DNA of 64,000 nucleotides from Cyanophyceae cyanobacterium (lineage in GTDB: Bacteria > Cyanobacteriota > Cyanobacteriia > Cyanobacteriales > Laspinemataceae). Below are positions 10,154-18,724 of this stretch, in pieces. The notes beneath the pieces were generated by a model. That model searched no databases. It had not been told where the DNA came from and was given only the letters and a program-made list of their open reading frames with translations. The stretch is taken from positions 97,976 to 161,975 of the forward strand of contig JBBQFN010000009.1 of assembly GCA_038321985.1 (NCBI GenBank), given 5' to 3'. The position numbers and the translations under genes were made by a program. Position 1 is the stretch's first letter. Each line of letters starts with the position of its first letter.

Positions 10154-12682
10154 TTGATAACCGTGATGATTCAGCGCACTTTGACCCTTTTTTCCCTTTG
10201 GACTGCCACCATCCTCCCCCTAGAATTAGCCGGGTTTACGAAATCGGCCCATTTACAAACCCTCCCTCTGTTTTTCCTCTCGCAGGTTCAAATTAATCAG
10301 GCCGATATTGCCACCCTCACCCAGCAAGTGACGGTGGTAATCAACGGCCAAAACCCCGGTTCTGGAGTGATTATTGGCAGGCAAGGTAACACTTATACGG
10401 TGTTGACTGCAAATCATGTAGTTGCCAGTCCCGATGAATATCAAATTGTCACGGTAGATGGGATACAACATCCGCTCAATTATACTACGGTTCGGCGATT
10501 GCCGAATTTAGATTTAGCTTTGGTTCAGTTTACCAGTAACCAAATCTATGAGACTGCGCAGATGGGAGATTCCGATATCGCCCAACCAGGAACGGCAGTG
10601 TATATCGCCGGATGGCCTCATCCGGGAATTGCCATTACGGAACGGATCTTTCAAATGACACCGGGTCAAATTTCCGGGCGATCGCAGTCGGGAACCGAGT
10701 CCGGATATGAACTGGTTTATACCAATATCACGCGATCGGGCATGAGTGGCGGTCCCGTTTTAGATACCTTCGGTCGTCTGATTGGCATTCATGGACGCGC
10801 CGAGGGACAAGCGATTTATAATCCTGATACGGGAGATACAGTGGATATCAAATCGGGGTTTAATTTAGGCATTCCCCTGGATACTTTTATAAAATCCATT
10901 GAAACGATAGATTCAACGGTTTTATCCACGAACCCTTCATTCGCTTATCCTCTTTCCAAACAGGCCGATCGCCAGTTGGTTGGCAACCAAATTCAACCGG
11001 CAATCGCCCAATATCAAAGAATTTTAGCCATAAACCCGAATTATCTCCCAGCGGTATTTGGGATGGGACAAGCGCAGTATCAATTAGGAGAGACAACAGC
11101 GGCGATCGCCGAATTTCGGAATGCTATTAATTTAGCAACGGCTGCGATCGCTCAAGTTCAATCCAACCCCAGCCTCTCCCCCCAACAGCAACTTTTATTA
11201 GTAGAAACAACCGAAATTCAAGGGAACGCCCAAGTCGCCCTCGCGAGTGCTTTATATGCTAGTGGCGATCAAAAAACTGCCCTTTCCCTCATTTTTGAAT
11301 TATTGAAAAACCCAGAAAATTGGAGGGGAAAGCTCACTTTATTAGAACCTAAATTTCCCTCTTCTCGCTTACAAACTGATGCCCAAGTAGTCGCCGCTAC
11401 CGCACAAGAAATAGTGGCTCAGGGGGTAGAATATTTACCGACCGAATTCAATCTAGCCCAAGCACTTTATGAGCGAGGGGAGGTGCAAAATGCCCTTTCT
11501 ACTTTAGAATCTTTATTCCAGGAAAATCAACAAGATCCCTCTCGAAAAATGGCTTTGGCCGCCGTCTTAAATGCCACGGGAAATCGCCAACGGGCAGAAA
11601 CTTTGATTTCCGAGTTGCAGTCGGAATATGCGGGTCAATTTAGAGATGAAAATTTTGAGTTTTTGTTGACGGGACTGTGGAGTAGTCGTTTGCGGGAAGA
11701 TGTTACAAAAATGTTAGCCTACTATCGACCGAGTGCCACCCTCTCTACCACTGTGTTTTCTAACACCCTCTTACATCCAGCGGAAGACAGCGATCTCGCT
11801 TATATCGAGTTTTTGGCCCTGTCTAGGGATGGCAAAACCCTGGTGAGTACCAATGGCGAAGGGACGATTAAAGTCTGGGATATCGACAAGGGAACAGTGC
11901 GTCATACATTCCCCTGGACGGGTAACCTCCGGGATGCGATCGCCTTGAGTCCGGATGGACGTCTGGTGGCACTTGGCATCTGGGATGATACGGATAATAC
12001 ACCCAAAGTCCAACTCTGGGATACTCAGACGGGACAAAACCTGCGAACCTTTACCCAACCTGGCAGTAACGGAGTTACCGCAGTCGCCTTCAGTCCCGAC
12101 AATCAAACCCTCGCCAGTAGCGCCCAAGAGATTCTGCTTTGGGATGTGAGGACCGAAGAAGTGCTACATACCCTTCCGGGTAAACGGCCCTATTCCAGTT
12201 ATTCTCTTGCCTTCAGTCCCGATGGCAACCGTCTCGCCAGCAGCAGTCTGGAAATTATCCAACTCTGGAATCCCAGCAGTGGCGAACTCATGAACGAGAT
12301 CGAACTGTCTGGTGAACATATTATTAATGGACTAATATTTAGTTCCAATAGTAATCTCCTCCTCAGTCGCAGCGATCGCGGTATTCAATTGTGGAATCCC
12401 AATACGGGAAATGCCATCAGTACCGTCCCCCAGGGCCAAAAATATGCTTTGAGTCCCGATGGCCAAACTTTAGCACTTTGTGCAGGGACTGAAATTTCCC
12501 TGATCAATGTGGCATCAAACCAAGTGACACGCACCCTCAGTGCGCCATCAGGCTGTTACCAACTGGTCTTTTTACCCAATAGTAAAACCCTAGTCAGTGG
12601 AGGAAATGGCGGTAAAATAGAGATTTGGGATCTTGATCGGTCCGCCCAACTAGGGCGATCGCTGGAGATTTTTTTGGGGTAA
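10154..12682 (+). CDS. Secreted trypsin-like serine protease + TPR + WD40
   Basis: TANH / DLAL / GMSGG; TPR block homologous to the previous gene, then a WD40 propeller; ATG alternative at 10166. Confidence 0.9.
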   Translation: MITVMIQRTLTLFSLWTATILPLELAGFTKSAHLQTLPLFFLSQVQINQADIATLTQQVTVVINGQNPGSGVIIGRQGNTYTVLTANHVVASPDEYQIVTVDGIQHPLNYTTVRRLPNLDLALVQFTSNQIYETAQMGDSDIAQPGTAVYIAGWPHPGIAITERIFQMTPGQISGRSQSGTESGYELVYTNITRSGMSGGPVLDTFGRLIGIHGRAEGQAIYNPDTGDTVDIKSGFNLGIPLDTFIKSIETIDSTVLSTNPSFAYPLSKQADRQLVGNQIQPAIAQYQRILAINPNYLPAVFGMGQAQYQLGETTAAIAEFRNAINLATAAIAQVQSNPSLSPQQQLLLVETTEIQGNAQVALASALYASGDQKTALSLIFELLKNPENWRGKLTLLEPKFPSSRLQTDAQVVAATAQEIVAQGVEYLPTEFNLAQALYERGEVQNALSTLESLFQENQQDPSRKMALAAVLNATGNRQRAETLISELQSEYAGQFRDENFEFLLTGLWSSRLREDVTKMLAYYRPSATLSTTVFSNTLLHPAEDSDLAYIEFLALSRDGKTLVSTNGEGTIKVWDIDKGTVRHTFPWTGNLRDAIALSPDGRLVALGIWDDTDNTPKVQLWDTQTGQNLRTFTQPGSNGVTAVAFSPDNQTLASSAQEILLWDVRTEEVLHTLPGKRPYSSYSLAFSPDGNRLASSSLEIIQLWNPSSGELMNEIELSGEHIINGLIFSSNSNLLLSRSDRGIQLWNPNTGNAISTVPQGQKYALSPDGQTLALCAGTEISLINVASNQVTRTLSAPSGCYQLVFLPNSKTLVSGGNGGKIEIWDLDRSAQLGRSLEIFLG

Positions 12683-12878
12683 TTTATTAGATTGGAGAGG
12701 GCAAATTTTGATAGGACGCCAATCCAATAGAAAACTGTGATTCAGAAAAACCATGTCCTCAACCCAGGTTTTGAATGATGGGTATAGATGAGTTGCTTTT
12801 TTCTTTCCTAACCTTTAATAAAGGTTAGTAAAGAAAGGTTAAATTACGGCTTATACCTGAAATAATTTTAGGCTGATG

Positions 12879-12919
12879 AAGACCCCCCAACCCCATCACA
12901 GGGATTAGGGAGTCTTTTT
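12879..12919. terminator. Probable intrinsic terminator between convergent genes
   Basis: aagaccccccaacccc-atcaca-gggattagggagtctt imperfect stem followed by a T run. Confidence 0.55.
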
Positions 12920-12931
12920 ATAAATGGGGTT

Positions 12932-13894
12932 TTAAAAGTTCCACATTACTTGATTGTTGTCGAGTTTGTCGGTGACAATTCGTCCGATCGCATCAATTTC
13001 TTTGACCTCTTCTGCGGATAATTTGACCTCGGCTGCTTTGGCATTATCCGTGGCCTGCTGCTCATTTCTTGCACCGACAATGGCACAGGTTTGGGGTTGA
13101 GCAATTAACCAGGCTAAAGCCAATTGAGCTAATGTACAATCATGGCGTTTAGCAATGGGACGGAGTTTTTCTAATGCTTCTTGAACCCGGGCATAATTCT
13201 CTTTATCAGAGAAAAGTTTATTTTTGGATCGATGGTCACCTTCTGCAAATGTATGGTCTGGGCCAAATTTGCCGGTTAGTAATCCTTGGGCCAGGGAAGA
13301 ATAAGAAATAATTGAAATCTCGTTTTCGACACAATATGGCATCTGGTCGTTTTCAATTTTTCGCCAAAATAAAGAATAAGGGGGCTGCAAACTATCAATT
13401 TGTCCATATTGCGCCGCCTCTTCCATTTGGTTACGGTTAAAGTTAGAGACACCGACGGCCCGAATTTTGCCTTGTTCTTTTAGCTGGCTTAGGGCCCGCA
13501 TGGTTTCTTCAATGGGAACATTTTCGCCTCCCCAGGTTCCGGAGGGCCAGTGAATTTGATACAGGTCGATATAGTCAGTTTTTAAGTTTGCTAAAGAGCG
13601 ATCGCAGGCTTCAATTACTTGGTCATATTTGAGATGATTGGAGAAAACTTTGGTGGCATAAATGACATTTTCTCGCACATCGGAGAGGGCGGAGGCGACG
13701 ATTTGTTCGGAATATCCTTCTCCATACGCCTCAGCAGTATCAAAGGTGGTAATCCCGGCATGATAGGCAGCGCGGAGGGCTTGGATAATATCATTATCTT
13801 CGATTCCCACCCACATTTTTTTACCAGCTTGCCAGGTTCCCATAATGATGGGGGTAATTTTTAAATTGGATTTGCCTAACCTTCTCGTTTCCAT
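12932..13894 (-). CDS. Aldo/keto reductase
   Basis: FDTAEAYG, ATK, DYIDLYQIHWP, GVSNF, YSSLAQGLLTGK. Confidence 0.95.
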   Translation of the reverse strand: METRRLGKSNLKITPIIMGTWQAGKKMWVGIEDNDIIQALRAAYHAGITTFDTAEAYGEGYSEQIVASALSDVRENVIYATKVFSNHLKYDQVIEACDRSLANLKTDYIDLYQIHWPSGTWGGENVPIEETMRALSQLKEQGKIRAVGVSNFNRNQMEEAAQYGQIDSLQPPYSLFWRKIENDQMPYCVENEISIISYSSLAQGLLTGKFGPDHTFAEGDHRSKNKLFSDKENYARVQEALEKLRPIAKRHDCTLAQLALAWLIAQPQTCAIVGARNEQQATDNAKAAEVKLSAEEVKEIDAIGRIVTDKLDNNQVMWNF

Positions 13895-13977
13895 GTTGAC
13901 CTCTTAAACTAGAATAAAGACTACTTTTTACGGTAGTCTTTCTTATTCTAACGATTCGTCTAAACAGGGGTGTTTGC

Positions 13978-14562
13978 ATGGATTTAAGGGCTGCTTTGAA
14001 GGAATGGGCGATCGCCGTTGATGCCCTAGAACGAGGAAAGACAATCCTCTTACTCCGCAAGGGCGGTATCCGGGAAGTCGGGGATCGGTTCAGTGTCCCG
14101 GATTCACAGGTGTTACTGTATCCGACGTTTGAACATCAAAAACCCGAGTTACTTAAGTCGGACTATGCTGAGAATGTTAGCCCAGTACCATCGGGATGGC
14201 ATCCAGAACGGGTGCGGATTGGCAGTTGGGCTAAGATTACGGATCTGTTGCCGATCGCGGTGGAAACGGAGGAAAGCGCCCTCTGTGTGCAATCGGCGCT
14301 GCAGCCGTATCACATTTGGAACGATTACTTTGTCCGTGATCGCCTCAAGTGGAAACCTCGACAACCGCTGTATCTGCTGTTGTTGCGGACCTATCGGCTA
14401 TCCCAACCGCGAGATATTGCTTACTGTGAGGCGTATGGAGGCTGTAAGTCGTGGATGCAGTTAACAGAGGCGATCGCTACGGCTGACTCGGTGCCGGTTT
14501 TGGATGATGTGGCATACAGTGTTCTACGCGATCGCCTCCGGGAAATAGTTGCTTCCCTATGA
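13978..14562 (+). CDS. DUF1802 family protein
   Basis: ALKEW...LLRKGGIRE, LYPTFEHQ, YGGCKSW. Confidence 0.9.
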   Translation: MDLRAALKEWAIAVDALERGKTILLLRKGGIREVGDRFSVPDSQVLLYPTFEHQKPELLKSDYAENVSPVPSGWHPERVRIGSWAKITDLLPIAVETEESALCVQSALQPYHIWNDYFVRDRLKWKPRQPLYLLLLRTYRLSQPRDIAYCEAYGGCKSWMQLTEAIATADSVPVLDDVAYSVLRDRLREIVASL

Positions 14563-14942
14563 CTTATACTGACCCCGGCCATGACTCCGGATCTCCCCAG
14601 ACACCTTGGGTATTAAAATGTCATAGTCCAGAGTTTCTATTCCAGTGATAGGGATAAAACCACACGGTCCCCTAGGGTAATAACCTGAAACCCCCCCAGA
14701 AGAGTTAGAGGCGATTGCTATACCACTTGACCCAGTGTCCTACAGTTCTTCCTTATTCTCTGGCTAAATATAAATTATCTTCTCAATGCATCCCCAGGGA
14801 GTCTGCACTTCCTGGGGAAATTAGCGCAGTAGGCGCACAGTAGTCACTTAAAAAAGTGACCCATTCGGATTTCCGTACCAGGGAGGGAGTGCGTAGATTA
14901 AAAGTGTGAAAAGTTAATCGACGTTCGGAATAAGACCTCATT

Positions 14943-16586
14943 ATGAAACGTCAATATTCTACCTCTCAATCTTCCTCCCTTATGAACCAAAACAAATCTA
15001 ATCTTCGTAGCGCGATCGCCTCTCTTCCGGCCAGTTTAGCTGCATTATTACTCTGTACAGGTGCAGCAACTATACTCCCGACGATCGCCCAAGTCAAAAC
15101 TGGCGCAACTCCAATCGCTGCTGCTACATCTAATATACTTTATGTTAACCCCCAACTGGGACAGGATACCAATGCCGGGACCAGTGAAGCAGCCGCCTAT
15201 CGCACTATCACTTATGCCCTGCAAAAAGCTCAAACGGGTACGGTAATCCAGTTAGCTGCCGGGACCTATAGCAAAGATAGCGGTGAATCGTTTCCCCTCC
15301 CGGTCAAATCCGGCGTTATCCTGCGTGGAAATAATAGCAACAAAGGACAAGGGGTTCTCGTTATCGGGGGCGGTACTTATCTCAGTCGCACCTTTGCTAG
15401 CCAAAACGTCACGGTTCAGGCGGCGAATACGAGCACAATCGAAGGGTTAACGATTACGAACCCCAATGCAAGTGGGACGGGTTTATGGATCGAATCCACA
15501 AATCCGGTGATTCGCAATAACACCTTCAAAAACAGTCGCCGAGACGGTATGTTTGTGACGGGGAGTGCCTCACCGAAAATTGAAAATAACGTCTTTGTTG
15601 AAAATGAGGCCAATGGGATTTCCATCGCCCGGGAAGCAGGGGGAGAAATCCGAGGGAACATTTTCCAGAATACAGGATTTGGTCTGGCGATCGGGGGAAC
15701 CTCATCGGTTCGCGTCATCGGGAATACGATTTCTCAGAATATTGATGGGATGGTGATCTCAAATTCTGCGACCCCTGTCTTACGAGAAAATGCGATTGAG
15801 GGGAACGAACGGGATGGAATTGTAGTGATATCTTCATCTAATCCCGACCTCGGTACCGCCTCCAGTGAGGGGCAGAACCGCATCCGCAATAACGGACGCC
15901 ATGCGTTATATAGTGTGTCTTCAGCAACCATTCAAGCTGTCGGCAATGATATCGATCGCGATCGGATTATTGGTTCGATTAACTTTGTTCCCGCTAACGT
16001 TCAAATCGCCTTTCAGGATGTAGAGGGACATTGGGCGCAAGCGTATATCGGTGCTTTGACGAAAAAAGGGATTATTGCCGGGTTCCCGGATGGCACATTT
16101 AAACCCAACGAACCTGTGACTCGCGCCCAATTTGCGGCGATCGTTACAAAAGCATTTGCACCGACTGCTAAACAACCGGCGATCGCCTTCCGGGATGTTA
16201 ATAGCAGCTTCTGGGGGGCCGAAGCGATTTCGGTTGCTTACCGAGGAGGATTCCTGGCGGGATATCCGGAAGGGGTATTTCGTCCTAATCAAGAAATCCC
16301 CAAAGTTCAGGCGATCGTTGCGTTAGTCAGCGGATTGGGATTGCGATCGAACAATACTACCCTCTTGTCTCGCTACAATGATGCCTTGGAAATTCCTGAG
16401 TATGCCTTGACAGCGGTAGCGGGGGCGACCGAAAATCAACTGGTAGTAAACTATCCCCAGATTGGTCAGTTTAATCCCAATCGTCAAGCCACTCGCGCTG
16501 AAGTTGCCGCCTTTGTCTATCAATCCCTGGTGAATGCAGGACAAGCAGAAGCAATTCCCTCTCCCTATGTAGTTGCCACTCCCTAG
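14943..16586 (+). CDS. DUF1565 / parallel beta-helix protein with S-layer homology (SLH) domains
   Basis: LYVNP..G.D...G, GTY...GE.FP, Asn-rich beta-helix repeats, FxDVxGHWA...GFPDGTFKPNEPVTRAQFA. Confidence 0.9.
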   Translation: MKRQYSTSQSSSLMNQNKSNLRSAIASLPASLAALLLCTGAATILPTIAQVKTGATPIAAATSNILYVNPQLGQDTNAGTSEAAAYRTITYALQKAQTGTVIQLAAGTYSKDSGESFPLPVKSGVILRGNNSNKGQGVLVIGGGTYLSRTFASQNVTVQAANTSTIEGLTITNPNASGTGLWIESTNPVIRNNTFKNSRRDGMFVTGSASPKIENNVFVENEANGISIAREAGGEIRGNIFQNTGFGLAIGGTSSVRVIGNTISQNIDGMVISNSATPVLRENAIEGNERDGIVVISSSNPDLGTASSEGQNRIRNNGRHALYSVSSATIQAVGNDIDRDRIIGSINFVPANVQIAFQDVEGHWAQAYIGALTKKGIIAGFPDGTFKPNEPVTRAQFAAIVTKAFAPTAKQPAIAFRDVNSSFWGAEAISVAYRGGFLAGYPEGVFRPNQEIPKVQAIVALVSGLGLRSNNTTLLSRYNDALEIPEYALTAVAGATENQLVVNYPQIGQFNPNRQATRAEVAAFVYQSLVNAGQAEAIPSPYVVATP

Positions 16587-16708
16587 TTTGACCTTGGTAT
16601 TTTTAAGGGGTTGCTAATTACCCGCATCTTGTTAAGAAACCCGGTTGTCTTCCCCATACTGTACCGGCATTATAGGGCAAGTGCGTCACCTCCATTCAAA
16701 CTTCCCCC

Positions 16709-16745
16709 AAAATAGGGATGCAGTTTAGCTGCATCCCTATTTTTT
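16709..16745. terminator. Bidirectional intrinsic terminator
   Basis: aaaatagggatgcag-tttag-ctgcatccctatttt perfect stem between convergent genes. Confidence 0.8.
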
Positions 16746-16853
16746 ATCTGGCCTGAGGCAGAATATTAATGATTTTTTAGGGGAAATTTGTTAGCGGTGG
16801 TCCTTGATCGGGCCGAAGGGTAATTTCTCCCTCCCCACTGACTAACCGTATCG

Positions 16854-18179
16854 CTAGCTACGACTAAATTCCACAGAATTTTTAGCTTCTTTTGCCCGGT
16901 TTACATCTACAAAAGCCAGCAAAATTAGTCCCGATATAAAAAAGATAATAACACCCAAAATTGCGAGTCGGTTACTCCCTGTAATCAACCCAATTGCCGC
17001 AAAGGTCAAGGGTCCTAAAATAGCCGACCCTTTGGCAAATACCGAGTAAAATCCATAAAATTCAGCTGAGGCATGAATGGGAACCATTGCCCCATAAAAT
17101 GAGCGGCTGAGGGCTTGGGAACCTCCCTGGACAATGCCCACAATTCCTCCCAAGATAAAATATTCAGTGGCATTTGTCAAAAAATAGGCATAAATCACCA
17201 CAATGCACCAGCCTACTAAACTTACCATCAACGCTTTTTTAGCCGTTACTCTTTCTGCTAATTTACTAAACCCTAATGCCCCAATGACACTAACAAACTG
17301 AATAAATAATAAGGTCAACATCAAGGTCGTGGTTCCTAACCCGATTTCTTGTTGTCCGTAGATGGTCGCCATGGTCATTACGGTTTGAATACCATTATTG
17401 TAGAGTAAATAGGAGATCAAAAATAATAACAGGTGTTTAAACTGTTTGACTTTGCGGAACGTCACCAGAATTCTGATGATGCCAACTTCGGTATAAGCCC
17501 TCCATTTGGGTAACTTCCGATAAGCGTAAGGTAAAGATTCAACCGGCGGTTCTTCTTGCAGATTTAAAAAGGTAAAAATCGCAAATCCACCCCACCATAA
17601 ACCCGCCATGGCGATCGCCAGTCTGACGGCAAGTTCCTGGGAAATTCCTAAGGCAGTATGTCCCATAACTAATCCTAAAGAGAGAGCAAGTTGCACTCCC
17701 CCTCCCACGTAGCCGTAAGCAAAGCCTTTACCCGATACCCAGTCTATTTTATCTTCTGAAGCGATTTGAGGAAGAAAAGCATCGTAAAAGATGTTAGACC
17801 CCACAAAACACATTTGAGCAATGATAAATAATATCATCGTTTGAAGAATATCACCGGTTCCAGAAAATACTAGCGCAACGGTGGCTAAACTTCCCCCATA
17901 ACAACATATCATTAGAAAGCGTTTTTTGGCCGCTGAAAAGTCAGAAACTGCTCCTAATACTGGAGCAAAAATAAAGACAACAAACGCTGAAAAACTAATC
18001 ATTAAGGCCCAAATTGACTCAGCCGTAAAGTAAGCGCCGCCTAGATTTATGCCTTCTGGGGGAACAATGACGGCGGCAAAGTAAGGCGGTAAAAGAGCAA
18101 CGAGTACCGTCGTGACATAGGCAGAATTTGCCCAGTCATACATGACCCAGCCGAATATTTGCTTTTTATTGTTTAACAT
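16854..18179 (-). CDS. MFS transporter, UMF1/ATG22-like
   Basis: WVMYDWANSAY, FYDAFLP, GYVGG, SQALSRS, about 12 hydrophobic segments. Confidence 0.9.
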   Translation of the reverse strand: MLNNKKQIFGWVMYDWANSAYVTTVLVALLPPYFAAVIVPPEGINLGGAYFTAESIWALMISFSAFVVFIFAPVLGAVSDFSAAKKRFLMICCYGGSLATVALVFSGTGDILQTMILFIIAQMCFVGSNIFYDAFLPQIASEDKIDWVSGKGFAYGYVGGGVQLALSLGLVMGHTALGISQELAVRLAIAMAGLWWGGFAIFTFLNLQEEPPVESLPYAYRKLPKWRAYTEVGIIRILVTFRKVKQFKHLLLFLISYLLYNNGIQTVMTMATIYGQQEIGLGTTTLMLTLLFIQFVSVIGALGFSKLAERVTAKKALMVSLVGWCIVVIYAYFLTNATEYFILGGIVGIVQGGSQALSRSFYGAMVPIHASAEFYGFYSVFAKGSAILGPLTFAAIGLITGSNRLAILGVIIFFISGLILLAFVDVNRAKEAKNSVEFSRS

Positions 18180-18234
18180 GAGGTTAGAGTTAGAGGTAAT
18201 TTCAGCATCGATTGGGGCTCCCCAGCACTTCTTC

Positions 18235-18400
18235 GGGAGTGAAGTTATTTAGTTTATAGCGGACTTTGAAGGTAGAAACCGGGTTCTTCATAAAACTTTT
18301 GGTTATTAGCATTAAATTGCGACTAGAAACGCGGTTTCTTGTCCTTTTTCTTTAATACCTACCCGGAAGCTCTAGGGAGTGAATTTATTTAGTTTATAGC
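18235..18400. repeat. 26-bp direct repeat pair enclosing an AGAAACC(C/G)GGTTTCT-type palindromic repeat element
   Basis: gggagtgaa(g/t)ttatttagtttatagc at 18235-18260 and 18375-18400; tagaaaccgggttct and tagaaacgcggtttct lie between them. Confidence 0.7.
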
Positions 18401-18724
18401 TGAAATGGGAAAAAGTTACAAAATCTTGTGGATAGTCACCGCCCATCGCTTCTAATCTAGTCGGTGAGATAGAGATGGAAACCGTAGCGATCGCGTGATG
18501 TCCAGGCTTGGCGATCGCCTCGGGGTCTTGTCCATCCCCCAAGTGTCCCTATCCATCTACACCCGCATCCGTAGCACCTGCCCCAAAGCGGTATGATTCT
18601 TTAAAGTCCAGTTAATCCCCCCTTTCCCTACAATTTTTCCTTGAATCCCCCAAAACTTTAGAATCGCCGGAATAAAAAGTCCCCCTTAAAATAGAAGAAG
18701 TGCACCCTATAAAAACAGTCCTCC

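Noticed and set aside
5197..12682. Diversity-generating retroelement acting on the protease tails
   Set aside because: No reverse transcriptase and no template/variable repeat pair differing at adenines was seen
14790..14860. Riboswitch in the DUF1565 leader
   Set aside because: Hairpins are present but no recognisable aptamer consensus
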